Assembly: GCA_045592105.1 (NCBI GenBank)
Contig: JAZNUB010000069.1
Location: forward strand, 28,141-92,140
Direction of reading: 5' to 3'
Length of the DNA stretch: 64,000 nucleotides
Origin: Eubacteriales bacterium
Lineage (GTDB): Bacteria; Bacillota; Clostridia; Oscillospirales; CAG-382
Position numbers and translations under genes: made by a program. The notes under the pieces were generated by a model that was not told the DNA's origin, did not search any database, and saw nothing but the letters and a program-made list of their open reading frames with translations. Below, piece by piece: positions 53,339 to 61,921 of the stretch. Position 1 is the stretch's first letter; every line of letters starts with the position of its first letter.

Positions 53339-53386
53339 CCGAACCTTCTTACAATATGTGAAAGGTTTGGTTTTTGTTTTTTACAG
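53339..53386 (+). terminator. Rho-independent terminator after tRNA-Pro
   Basis: CCGAACCTT / AAGGTTTGG stem (one G-U, 14-nt loop) followed by TTTTTGTTTTTT. Confidence 0.6.
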
Positions 53387-53403
53387 TAAAAAGGGGATTA
53401 GTT

Positions 53404-54558
53404 ATGGAACAAATTAAAGGCTTTAAAAACAGTTATATCCTAACCGAAAATGGGCTTGAAAAAACCAATTTGCTTATTGAAAACGGCTTGATTAAGCGCA
53501 TTGGCTCTTTTGAATGTGATGGGCTTATAGAATTAAGTGACGATATGGTTATAGTCCCAGGCTTTATTGACCAGCACACGCACGGTGCGGCCGGCAATGA
53601 TGTGATGGATGGAACTACTGATGCATTAGAAACGATGGCAACAGCTCTTGCAATGGAGGGAACTACTGCTTTTTTGGCAACCACGGCTATGCAAAGCCCT
53701 AAGGATATAGAGAAATCTTTATGTGTCGTTAAAGAATATATGGAAGCGGCGCACAAAACAGGAGCGGAGATAATAGGCGTGCATTTAGAGGGGCCGTTTA
53801 TTTCGTGCGCATATAGCGGTGCGTTGCTTGCTGAATATTTGGAAGCTCCAAGTGTTGAGGCTTTTAAGCGTTATGAAAAAGCAAGCGTCAATAATATTAA
53901 GCTTGTTACTATGGCGGTTGAAGAAGATGGCGCCGATGCCTTGATTGAATATTTGGTTTCCAAAGATATAGTAGTATCTATCGGGCACACAAATTCGAAT
54001 TATAAGGACGTAGAAAAAGCAGTTAAAGCAGGGGCTACTTGCGTTACGCACACGTTCAACGCACAAAAGCCCATACATCACCGCGAGGTTGGAACTGCAG
54101 GCTCGGCTTTGCTGTTTGATGAGCTGTACTGTGAAGCTATTTGTGACGGTATACATTTGTCACCACCTGCAATTAAGCTTTTATGGAAGAACAAGCCTGC
54201 AGATAAGATGGTTTTGGTAACGGATTCGTTGCGTGCAAAATTTATGCCGGACGGGGAGTATATCGAAGCGGGAAATCAGAAGGTTATTGTAAAAAACGGT
54301 GCAGGCAGGCTTGAAGACGGAACTCTTGCAGGTAGCACCGCCAAGATGAACGAAGCGGTTAGCAACGTTATGGAGTTTGTGGGTGTAGACCTTGCTGCTG
54401 CCGTTAAGCTTGCAAGTGAAAACCCTGCTAAAAATTTAGGCGTGTTTGATAGGATGGGCAGCATTAAAGAAGGGAAGCTTGCAAATTTCGTAATCGTTGA
54501 TAAAGACGTAAACGTTTATCAAACCATAAGGAACGGAAAAGTTATTTACAGTAAATAA
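53404..54558 (+). CDS. nagA: N-acetylglucosamine-6-phosphate deacetylase
   Basis: PGFIDQHTHGAAG, HLEGPF, GHTN and TH.FNA motifs. Start at MEQIKGF (53404) after AAAGGGGA. Confidence 0.88.
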   Translation: MEQIKGFKNSYILTENGLEKTNLLIENGLIKRIGSFECDGLIELSDDMVIVPGFIDQHTHGAAGNDVMDGTTDALETMATALAMEGTTAFLATTAMQSPKDIEKSLCVVKEYMEAAHKTGAEIIGVHLEGPFISCAYSGALLAEYLEAPSVEAFKRYEKASVNNIKLVTMAVEEDGADALIEYLVSKDIVVSIGHTNSNYKDVEKAVKAGATCVTHTFNAQKPIHHREVGTAGSALLFDELYCEAICDGIHLSPPAIKLLWKNKPADKMVLVTDSLRAKFMPDGEYIEAGNQKVIVKNGAGRLEDGTLAGSTAKMNEAVSNVMEFVGVDLAAAVKLASENPAKNLGVFDRMGSIKEGKLANFVIVDKDVNVYQTIRNGKVIYSK

Positions 54559-54582
54559 AAACAAAAAATTAAGGAGCTTGTT

Positions 54583-56136
54583 ATGATTGATTACAGAGTT
54601 AAACCCGTTGATGAAATGACAGTTGATGAATTAATAGGCCAAGTAATAATGGTAGGTTTGCCCGGTGATAGACTTGATGATGTATATGCCGAGTTTATCA
54701 AAGAGAAAAAAATCGGTAACTATATTTTGTTTGCAAGAAATTATAAAGACACAAAGCAAATGAAAGCTTTTATGAAAGAGCTGTATGAGCATACTCTTGA
54801 TGTAACCGGCTCTTACCCTTTAGTTTCTATCGACCAAGAGGGCGGTATGGTTGTAAGGCTGTTTAAGGACGTTACTTTTCCGGCAAGCCCTTTAACAACT
54901 TCTGCAACGTCTGTTCCTGATGCGCCGTACAAAACAGGTGCAATAATAGGAAAAGACATGATGAAAATGGGCATCAATTTGAACTTGGCGCCCTGTTTGG
55001 AAATAAACGATGACTTATCTAATCCGTTGGTAAATATACGCGGCTACGGCGCAACTAAGGAGCTTGTTCTTAAAAACGCAACAAGGTTTGTAAACGGTAT
55101 ACAAGATAGCGGCGCGTTAAGCTGTATCAAGCATTTTCCGGGCGCAGGCTCCAGCACTAAGGATTCGCATTGGGAGCTTCCGATAATAGAGGACCCGCAG
55201 GAAGATTTGATAAACTACAATATGTATCCGTTTTTCCACTTATTGGAAAGCGATGCGTTGATGACAAGCCATTGCATATACAAATCGTTTGATGAACTGC
55301 CTTCTACCTTGTCAAAGGTTTTACTTACCGAGGTTTTGCGTGAAAAAATCGGGTTTAAGGGCTTAGTAATATCCGACGGTATGGAGATGAAGGCTATTTC
55401 TGACCACTATGGTATTGGTAACGGCTGTGTTATGGCACTTAATGCGGGCTGTGATATTTTGCTTTTGTGTCACGAATACGAGGAGCAGAGAGAAGCGTTC
55501 AATTGCGTTAAGCGTGCTGTGGAAAGCGGCGAGCTTCCTGTTGAGCTATTAAAAGAGAAGGCTGAAAGAATTAACAAAGCAAAGCAAAAGCTGTTAAAGG
55601 GTATGCAGCAGTATTTTACTGATGATGAGTATGTTCGCAACGAAGAAGAGCACGCTTTGATGCAAAATATCGTTGATAATTCCTATACTTTGATAATGGG
55701 CAACGAGCCTGCTATCACTCCTAATACGTTGATAGTTTCTTCCAATGTTAGGGTTGCAAGTATTGCCGAGGATGAGTTTGACGAGAGAAATTTGACCAAA
55801 GCGTTAAAAACAAGCTTTCCTGATAATGAGGTAGTGCAGTATACAAGCGATGAAAACATTAAAAAGACCGTGTGGGAAAAGCTTGATGCCTGTGATAGGG
55901 TGTTGATGTATTCGTATGATGCTTGCTATGATGAGATACAACAGGATTTGGTAAATAGCCTTTTGAAAACTGATAAGGAAGTATATGTAATTTCTATAAA
56001 AGGTCCGATAGACAGGCAGCATTTTGAAGGGCTAAAGAATTACTCTTGCGTATACGAGTATACGCCTAACAGCATTAGAACTATTATTAAGCAGCTTAAA
56101 AAAGAGATAACGCTAAACGGTAAGCTGCCTCAATAA
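54583..56136 (+). CDS. Glycoside hydrolase family 3 beta-N-acetylhexosaminidase (NagZ-like) with C-terminal extension
   Basis: IDQEGG.V.R, KHFPGAGSSTKDSHWELP and VISDGMEM motifs. It follows nagA by 24 nt. Confidence 0.85.
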   Translation: MIDYRVKPVDEMTVDELIGQVIMVGLPGDRLDDVYAEFIKEKKIGNYILFARNYKDTKQMKAFMKELYEHTLDVTGSYPLVSIDQEGGMVVRLFKDVTFPASPLTTSATSVPDAPYKTGAIIGKDMMKMGINLNLAPCLEINDDLSNPLVNIRGYGATKELVLKNATRFVNGIQDSGALSCIKHFPGAGSSTKDSHWELPIIEDPQEDLINYNMYPFFHLLESDALMTSHCIYKSFDELPSTLSKVLLTEVLREKIGFKGLVISDGMEMKAISDHYGIGNGCVMALNAGCDILLLCHEYEEQREAFNCVKRAVESGELPVELLKEKAERINKAKQKLLKGMQQYFTDDEYVRNEEEHALMQNIVDNSYTLIMGNEPAITPNTLIVSSNVRVASIAEDEFDERNLTKALKTSFPDNEVVQYTSDENIKKTVWEKLDACDRVLMYSYDACYDEIQQDLVNSLLKTDKEVYVISIKGPIDRQHFEGLKNYSCVYEYTPNSIRTIIKQLKKEITLNGKLPQ

Positions 56137-56169
56137 TTAGGATAGAAACAAAATAATTGAATGATTAAG

Positions 56170-56218
56170 GGGGGCTGTTAGAAATGCTCATTCAAGCATT
56201 TCTAACAGCCCCCGTTTC
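56170..56218. terminator. Bidirectional terminator, 19-bp perfect stem
   Basis: GGGGGCTGTTAGAAATGCT / AGCATTTCTAACAGCCCCC with a 6-nt loop. Confidence 0.8.
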
Positions 56219-56241
56219 ATTGTTGTAATTAGTGCTGTGGT

Positions 56242-56673
56242 TTATAGGTTGTTGATGTCCTCTTGTGCAAGTAGAACCATCCCCGTATCCTTAAGCACTT
56301 GTTCTGCCAGTTCGTTATTAGCAACGCGTAAAACAACGTAAGCGTTTTCCTTAACGGTGGCGATAAAAGCGTACATATACTCGATATTAATGTCTTTTTC
56401 AGCAAGCAAAGCCAAAATCTTTGCAAGCCCACCGGGAACGTTTGGCATTTGCACGCCGATAACATCGGTTACTGAAACAACGGTGCCTTTATCCTTAAGT
56501 AAGTTTACTGCTTTGTCCAAATCGCTAACGATAAGGCGAAGGATGCCAAAATCCATAGTGTCTGCAATACTCAACGCGCGAACGTCTATGTGTTCGTTTG
56601 CAAGTGCATTAAGCGTTTCGTATACAGAGCCGCGTTTGTTTTCTGCAAAAACAGATAGTTGTTTAATTGCCAT
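56242..56673 (-). CDS. ACT domain-containing protein (amino-acid-binding, PaaK-associated)
   Basis: MAIKQLSVFAENKRGSVYE....LA...I.VRALSIADT.DFGILR.IV.D, tandem ACT. AAAGGGGAG RBS; start at 56673. Confidence 0.8.
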   Translation of the reverse strand: MAIKQLSVFAENKRGSVYETLNALANEHIDVRALSIADTMDFGILRLIVSDLDKAVNLLKDKGTVVSVTDVIGVQMPNVPGGLAKILALLAEKDINIEYMYAFIATVKENAYVVLRVANNELAEQVLKDTGMVLLAQEDINNL

Positions 56674-56694
56674 AATATGCTCCCCTTTCAAATA

Positions 56695-57996
56695 TTAATA
56701 AAGCTTTCTCTTGTCTATAACACGTACAGCCTTGCCCTCGCTTCTAACGATGGATTTAGGCTCTACAATGCTAACCTTGGCGTGTATACCCAGGACAGAT
56801 TTCAGTGCCTCGGTTATTTCTTTTTCCTTTTGGGTAAGATGCTGAACGGTATCAGAAAACAGCTCAGGCGTCATTTCAACCTTAACCTCAATAGTATCGC
56901 TGTTGTTTTGACGGTCAACAAGTATTTGATAGTTGCTTGTAAGCCCCATATTAAGCAGAACCATTTCGATTTGGGAAGGGAATACGTTTACGCCCCTAAT
57001 GATAAGCATATCATCGCTTCTGCCCATAGGTTTGGACATTCTAACGTGTGTTCTGCCGCAGGAGCAGGGGGTTTTATCCAGCACGCAAATATCACGCGTT
57101 CTGTAACGTATAAGCGGAAAAGCTTCTTTGGTTATGCTGGTGAACACAAGCTCGCCCTTCTCCCCATCGGGAAGCACCTCACCCGTGTTGGGGTCAATAA
57201 TTTCCGCTATAAAGTGGTCCTCGTTAATGTGCATACCCTTTTGCTCGATACACTCGAAAGATACGCCGGGGCCGGACATTTCGGTAAGCCCGTAAATGTC
57301 AAAAGCTTTTATGCCCAGTTTTTGTTCTATATCGTTTCTCATTTCGCCGGTCCAAGCCTCTGCACCGAAAATACCAGCTTTAAGCTTTATTTGGTCGCGA
57401 ACGCCGCGCTCGTAGATGGATTCAGTGAGATATGCGGCGTAAGAGGGGGTGCAGCAAATTATGGTAGAACCAAGGTCGCACATAAATTGAATTTGCCTGT
57501 CCGTGTTACCGGAGGACATTGGAAGCGTTAAGGAGCCAACCTTGTGAGAGCCGCCGTGCAGCCCCGAGCCGCCGGTAAACAAGCCGTAGCCATAGCAAAC
57601 CTGAACAACATCCTCTTCTGTACCGCCTGCGGCAACTATTGCGCGCGCGCAGCAGTCCTCCCATAAATCAATATCGTTCTGTGTATAAAACGCTATAACT
57701 CGTTTTCCCGTTGTACCGCTTGTGGAGTGTATGCGTACACAATCCTTCAGCGGTGCTGCCATTAAGCCGTAGGGATAAGCATCCCTTAGATCAGCTTTTG
57801 TAAGGAAAGGAAGCTTATGTAAATCGGCAGTGGACCTTATATCCTCAGGCTTAACACCTTTTTCGTCCATCTTGTTACGATAATACTCAACATTTTCGTA
57901 AACACGTTTAACCGTTGCAACCAGCCTTTCATCCTGCCAAGCCTGTATCTGCTCTCTGGAGGCTGTTTCTATATCCTTTTGGTAATATCTTTCCAT
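56695..57996 (-). CDS. paaK: Phenylacetate--CoA ligase family protein
   Basis: HSTSGTTGK, YGLTE and RYRTRD motifs, about 433 aa. The start ATG shares one base with the upstream stop (TAATG). Confidence 0.88.
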   Translation of the reverse strand: MERYYQKDIETASREQIQAWQDERLVATVKRVYENVEYYRNKMDEKGVKPEDIRSTADLHKLPFLTKADLRDAYPYGLMAAPLKDCVRIHSTSGTTGKRVIAFYTQNDIDLWEDCCARAIVAAGGTEEDVVQVCYGYGLFTGGSGLHGGSHKVGSLTLPMSSGNTDRQIQFMCDLGSTIICCTPSYAAYLTESIYERGVRDQIKLKAGIFGAEAWTGEMRNDIEQKLGIKAFDIYGLTEMSGPGVSFECIEQKGMHINEDHFIAEIIDPNTGEVLPDGEKGELVFTSITKEAFPLIRYRTRDICVLDKTPCSCGRTHVRMSKPMGRSDDMLIIRGVNVFPSQIEMVLLNMGLTSNYQILVDRQNNSDTIEVKVEMTPELFSDTVQHLTQKEKEITEALKSVLGIHAKVSIVEPKSIVRSEGKAVRVIDKRKLY

Positions 57997-58592
57997 TATT
58001 TTTTCTCGCGCTTTTGGCGTGCCTTTCTTTTGATGGTTGATTTTTTTGTAACCGAGTAGCCAAAGCTACCAAGCTTTTTTCCCAGCCCAAAATATTCCCC
58101 GTGAGAATATGTAACGAGCTTGCATTTATCAAGACACAACTTACCGTCGCACACATATTTATCATCAACACTTACACATACTATATCAGCAATAAACATA
58201 TCGTGTGAGCCAAGAGAAACCTTATCGGTAACCTTGCACTCCAAAGAGATAGGGCATTGAGCTATAGAAACGCAATCTATCTCAAAGCATTCCTCAGCAT
58301 CAAAGCCGCAAAGCTCAAACTTATCCGCATCCTTGCCGCTTTTAACGCCGCAAAGGTCAAGCTGCTTTACAATCTCTTCCGTCGGTAAGTTGATGGTAAA
58401 CACTCCGTTAGAATCGATTAGCTCATAAGAAAACCTTTCGGGCCGTACCGAGATATAGGTTTTCGGCGGATGGCTGTTGATGATACCCGTCCATGCAATA
58501 GTAATAACGTTTTTACTGCTGCCTTTTCCGCAGGCAACAAGCACAGCAGGTAACGGAGCCATCAGCGTAGAGCCTTTCCATTTTTGCTTCAT
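57996..58592 (-). CDS. Flavin reductase family protein with Lys/Arg-rich C-terminal tail
   Basis: PLPAVLV.CG......N.ITIAW.G...S.PP pattern. The C-terminus is KKSTIKRKARQKREKK. Confidence 0.8.
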   Translation of the reverse strand: MKQKWKGSTLMAPLPAVLVACGKGSSKNVITIAWTGIINSHPPKTYISVRPERFSYELIDSNGVFTINLPTEEIVKQLDLCGVKSGKDADKFELCGFDAEECFEIDCVSIAQCPISLECKVTDKVSLGSHDMFIADIVCVSVDDKYVCDGKLCLDKCKLVTYSHGEYFGLGKKLGSFGYSVTKKSTIKRKARQKREKK

Positions 58593-58780
58593 AAAGCTCC
58601 TCCGTACTTATTAAGATGAAAATCTTCAAAACAATACTAACATATTTATAAAACCATGTCAAGGCGAAAGGAATAATAATTCATTGCTTTTGCATACTTT
58701 TTGTTGCAATTGCAACGGAAAACGCACCTGTATATAGCTACAATATAGTCAAGAAAATAATACTAAAGGAGATAGATTAT

Positions 58781-59860
58781 ATGAAAAAATTTACAGCTTT
58801 ATTACTTGTGCTTCTTATGAGCGTTGCGGCATTTGCTTCCTGCGCTGATGATGTTAAGGAAGTAGTTTCGGATGACGTTAGCACTGAAGCATCTGATGCA
58901 GTTGTTTCTGAAGAAAGCGAAGAAAGCAAAGATGCAGCTTCGTCTGAGGACAGCTCTGATATCGTTACAGATACGGTTTTCCGCATCGGCGGCTTAAAGG
59001 GCCCAACCTCTATGGGCTTGGTAAAGCTTATGCAGGATAACGAGCAGGACAAATCCAAGCTAAACTACGATTTTAAAGTAGAGGCAACCGCAGATATGAT
59101 AAGCCCGCTTCTTATTAAAGGGGAGCTTGATATGGTAGCCGTACCAGCAAATTTGGCTTCTATCCTTTACAATAACACTCAGGGTAAGGTTAAGGTATTG
59201 GCAATCAACACCCTTGGCGTTATCTATATCGTCGAGAAAAACGCAGGTATAACAAATCTTGCAGACCTTAAGGGGAAAACAATATATGCAACTGGCAAAG
59301 GTTCAACGCCCGAATATAATTTGCGTTATCTGCTTTCACAAGCAGGTGTTGACCCCGATAAGGACGTTACTATAGAGTGGAAGAGCGAGCCTAACGAGGT
59401 TGTTGCATTGCTTAAGAACTCTGATAGCGGCGTTGCAATGTTGCCCCAGCCTTACGTTACCGTGGCACAAACTCAAGTGCCCGAGCTTAAGATTGCAATT
59501 AATCTTAACGAAGAGTGGAACAAGCTAAACAACGGCAGTATGATGGTAACAGGCGTTCTTGTTGCGCGTGCTGATTTTGTGGAGAATAACAAGGGTGCTA
59601 TTGATACATTTCTTAACGAGTACAAGGCTTCTACCGAGTATATCAACTCCAACCCCAAGGAAGCATCCGTTTGGGTAGAGGAGCGCATCGGCGTTAAAGC
59701 TGCAGTTGCTGAAAAGGCAGTACCTTACTGCAATATTACGTTTATATCCGGTGCTGATATGAAGGAAGCACTTAGCGGATATCTTAAAGTTCTATACGAC
59801 CAAAATGCAAAATCCGTAGGCGGTGCAATGCCTGCAGATGGCTTCTATTATGGGGCTTAA
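58781..59860 (+). CDS. ABC transporter substrate-binding lipoprotein (NMT1/THI5-like, NitT/TauT family)
   Basis: Lipobox AAFASC and an acidic Ser-rich linker, then FRIGGLKGPTSMGLVKL...DMVAVPANLA, typical of aliphatic sulfonate/HMP-type binding proteins. Confidence 0.8.
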   Translation: MKKFTALLLVLLMSVAAFASCADDVKEVVSDDVSTEASDAVVSEESEESKDAASSEDSSDIVTDTVFRIGGLKGPTSMGLVKLMQDNEQDKSKLNYDFKVEATADMISPLLIKGELDMVAVPANLASILYNNTQGKVKVLAINTLGVIYIVEKNAGITNLADLKGKTIYATGKGSTPEYNLRYLLSQAGVDPDKDVTIEWKSEPNEVVALLKNSDSGVAMLPQPYVTVAQTQVPELKIAINLNEEWNKLNNGSMMVTGVLVARADFVENNKGAIDTFLNEYKASTEYINSNPKEASVWVEERIGVKAAVAEKAVPYCNITFISGADMKEALSGYLKVLYDQNAKSVGGAMPADGFYYGA

Positions 59861-60602
59861 AAAAACGTTACAAAAGCTGGCTGCTGTTCTGCTTGCACTT
59901 CTTGTGTGGCAGGCGGCAGCCGCCTACATTAATGAAAAAATACTTCTTGTTTCACCAATACAAGTGCTAAAAAGGCTTTTCACGCTTGTTTTTGAGGATG
60001 GATTTTTACAAACCGTTTCATTTACGCTGTTGCGTATAATCGGCGGCTTTTTTGCAGGCTTTGTGCTTGGTGCCGTATTGGGCGTTATTGCAGGCCGCTT
60101 TAAGCTTATTGAAACCTTGCTTTGGCCGTATATGATAACGGTAAAATCCGTTCCCGTGGCGTCATTTATAGTTATCGCTCTAATATGGCTTGCATCCTCA
60201 AAGCTATCGGTTTTTATATCGTTTCTTATGGTGCTTCCAATTGTGTATACAAATATCCTAACAGGTATAAAAAACACGGATAAAAAGCTTGTTCAAGCGG
60301 CAAAGCTTTTTAAGCTATCGGGTGCAAAAAAGTTCCTGTTTATACATTTGCCACAGCTAAAGCCATATATAATCTCAGCTTGCAACGTTTCTATTGGCCT
60401 TGCGTGGAAAAGCGGTGTTGCGGCGGAAGTAATTGCCATCCCCGATGGTTCACTTGGGGAAATGCTTTATAACGCAAAGGTTTATTATGATACGGCAGAT
60501 TTGTTTGCATGGACAGTTGTTATTGTAATAGTAAGCGTTGCTTTTGAAAAGCTGTTTGTGTATGGCATAAAATCTATATTTAAGGCGGTGGAAAAGCTAT
60601 GA
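59850..60602 (+). CDS. ABC transporter permease (NitT/TauT family)
   Basis: Six TM segments and an EAA-like loop. The start ATG 59850 overlaps the end of the binding-protein gene. Confidence 0.8.
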   Translation: MGLKKTLQKLAAVLLALLVWQAAAAYINEKILLVSPIQVLKRLFTLVFEDGFLQTVSFTLLRIIGGFFAGFVLGAVLGVIAGRFKLIETLLWPYMITVKSVPVASFIVIALIWLASSKLSVFISFLMVLPIVYTNILTGIKNTDKKLVQAAKLFKLSGAKKFLFIHLPQLKPYIISACNVSIGLAWKSGVAAEVIAIPDGSLGEMLYNAKVYYDTADLFAWTVVIVIVSVAFEKLFVYGIKSIFKAVEKL

Positions 60603-61183
60603 GCGATATAAGCATAAAAAAACTTACAAAAAGCTATGGCGAAAACACGGTTTTAAACGGCGTTAGCTTTGATATAAAAGCAGGGAAAACAACTTGTATA
60701 ATGGGCCCATCGGGCTGTGGAAAAACAACGCTTATAAACATACTTTTAGGCTTTGAAAAAGCAGATAGCGGTGAAATAAGCGGCACGCCCGAAAGAACAG
60801 CCGTTGTTTTTCAAGAGGATAGGCTTTTTGAGGATTTTACAGCGCTTTCTAATATAAAAGCCGTTTCAGACAAGAACAAAGCTTTAAATCTTATAGCTGC
60901 AATGGGCTTGCAGGGAAGCGAGAAAAAGCCTGTTAATAAGCTATCCGGCGGTATGAAGCGTAGGGTGGCAATAGCACGCGCACTTGCGTTTGATGCCGAT
61001 TTTGTGGTTATGGATGAACCCTTTAAAGGTTTGGACGAGAAAACAAAGCATAGCGTTATAAGCTATGTAAAAGAAGCACTTTGCGGGAAAACCGTTTTCT
61101 TGGTAACCCATGACTTGCAAGAAGCAGAAGCTATGGAAGCGATAGTTGTAACTATGAACGATGAGGGCGAGATAAACCAATAA
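60599..61183 (+). CDS. ABC transporter ATP-binding protein (short, 194 aa)
   Basis: Walker A GPSGCGKTT, signature LSGGMKRRV, Walker B FVVMDEPFKGLD. ATGA overlap with the permease gene. Confidence 0.85.
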   Translation: MSDISIKKLTKSYGENTVLNGVSFDIKAGKTTCIMGPSGCGKTTLINILLGFEKADSGEISGTPERTAVVFQEDRLFEDFTALSNIKAVSDKNKALNLIAAMGLQGSEKKPVNKLSGGMKRRVAIARALAFDADFVVMDEPFKGLDEKTKHSVISYVKEALCGKTVFLVTHDLQEAEAMEAIVVTMNDEGEINQ

Positions 61184-61231
61184 ACAATAAAGTATAAGGC
61201 GATGAGCTTAACGATAAGCCCATCGTCTTTT

Positions 61232-61921
61232 TTATTGTAATAGATCCTTAATAATTTCTTCTGCCATTAACAGCCCTGCCGCCGCAGGAACAAAGGGTAC
61301 AGAGCTAACAACGGTACCCTTATATTTAGGCTCCTCTTTGCTGTATATAACCTTAAGCTTTTTAACGCCGCGCTCCTTAAGCAAGCAGCGCATCGCCTTA
61401 GCAAGCGGACAAACAGAGGTTTTGTAAATATCCGTGCATTCGAATGCGTTGCTTTTAAGCTTGTTGCCCGTGCCCATACACGAAATCATCGGTATGCCGC
61501 ATTTTTGCGCCTCTACCGCAAGCGTTAGCTTTGCCGTGATATTATCAATGGCATCGGCAATATAATCGGGCTTATATTTGTCTAAAAGAGCAGGTATATT
61601 ATCGGGCGTTAAAAAAAGTATTTCCGCGGAAATATTAACGTCCTCGTTTATCACCTTTGCTCTCTTATAAGCCGCATCGGCTTTATACGTGCCTATGTTT
61701 TCGGCAGTACATAAAAGCTGGCGGTTAAGGTTTGTTGCATCAAAAACGTCGTTGTCCAAAGCTATTAGGTTGCCAACACCTGCACGCACAAGCGCTTCCA
61801 ATACATAGCCGCCAACTCCGCCAAGCCCGCATAAAAGCACGCTCTTTTGTTTTAATATCGAAGGTGAGCTTTCGCCAAGCAACGGAAGCTGCCTTTCATA
61901 TCTGTTTCCTAACCCCATCAT
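61232..61921 (-). CDS. tcdA: tRNA threonylcarbamoyladenosine dehydratase (ThiF/TcdA family)
   Basis: RYERQL.L.GE.....L....VL..GLGGVGGY..EAL.R.GVG......D.D.....NLNRQ. 4-nt overlap with the mutS2 stop. Confidence 0.8.
   Translation of the reverse strand: MMGLGNRYERQLPLLGESSPSILKQKSVLLCGLGGVGGYVLEALVRAGVGNLIALDNDVFDATNLNRQLLCTAENIGTYKADAAYKRAKVINEDVNISAEILFLTPDNIPALLDKYKPDYIADAIDNITAKLTLAVEAQKCGIPMISCMGTGNKLKSNAFECTDIYKTSVCPLAKAMRCLLKERGVKKLKVIYSKEEPKYKGTVVSSVPFVPAAAGLLMAEEIIKDLLQ

Noticed and set aside
56659-57531. 290-aa + strand ORF overlapping paaK
   Set aside because: It is antisense to paaK (HSTSGTTGK and related motifs). It has no RBS and no motifs.
58593-58780. Possible TPP (THI-box) riboswitch upstream of the NMT1/THI5-like binding protein operon
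   Set aside because: I looked for the conserved CUGAGA / ACCUGAUCUGGAUAAUGCCAGCG-type elements on the + strand and found none. The region looks like a plain AT-rich promoter region.
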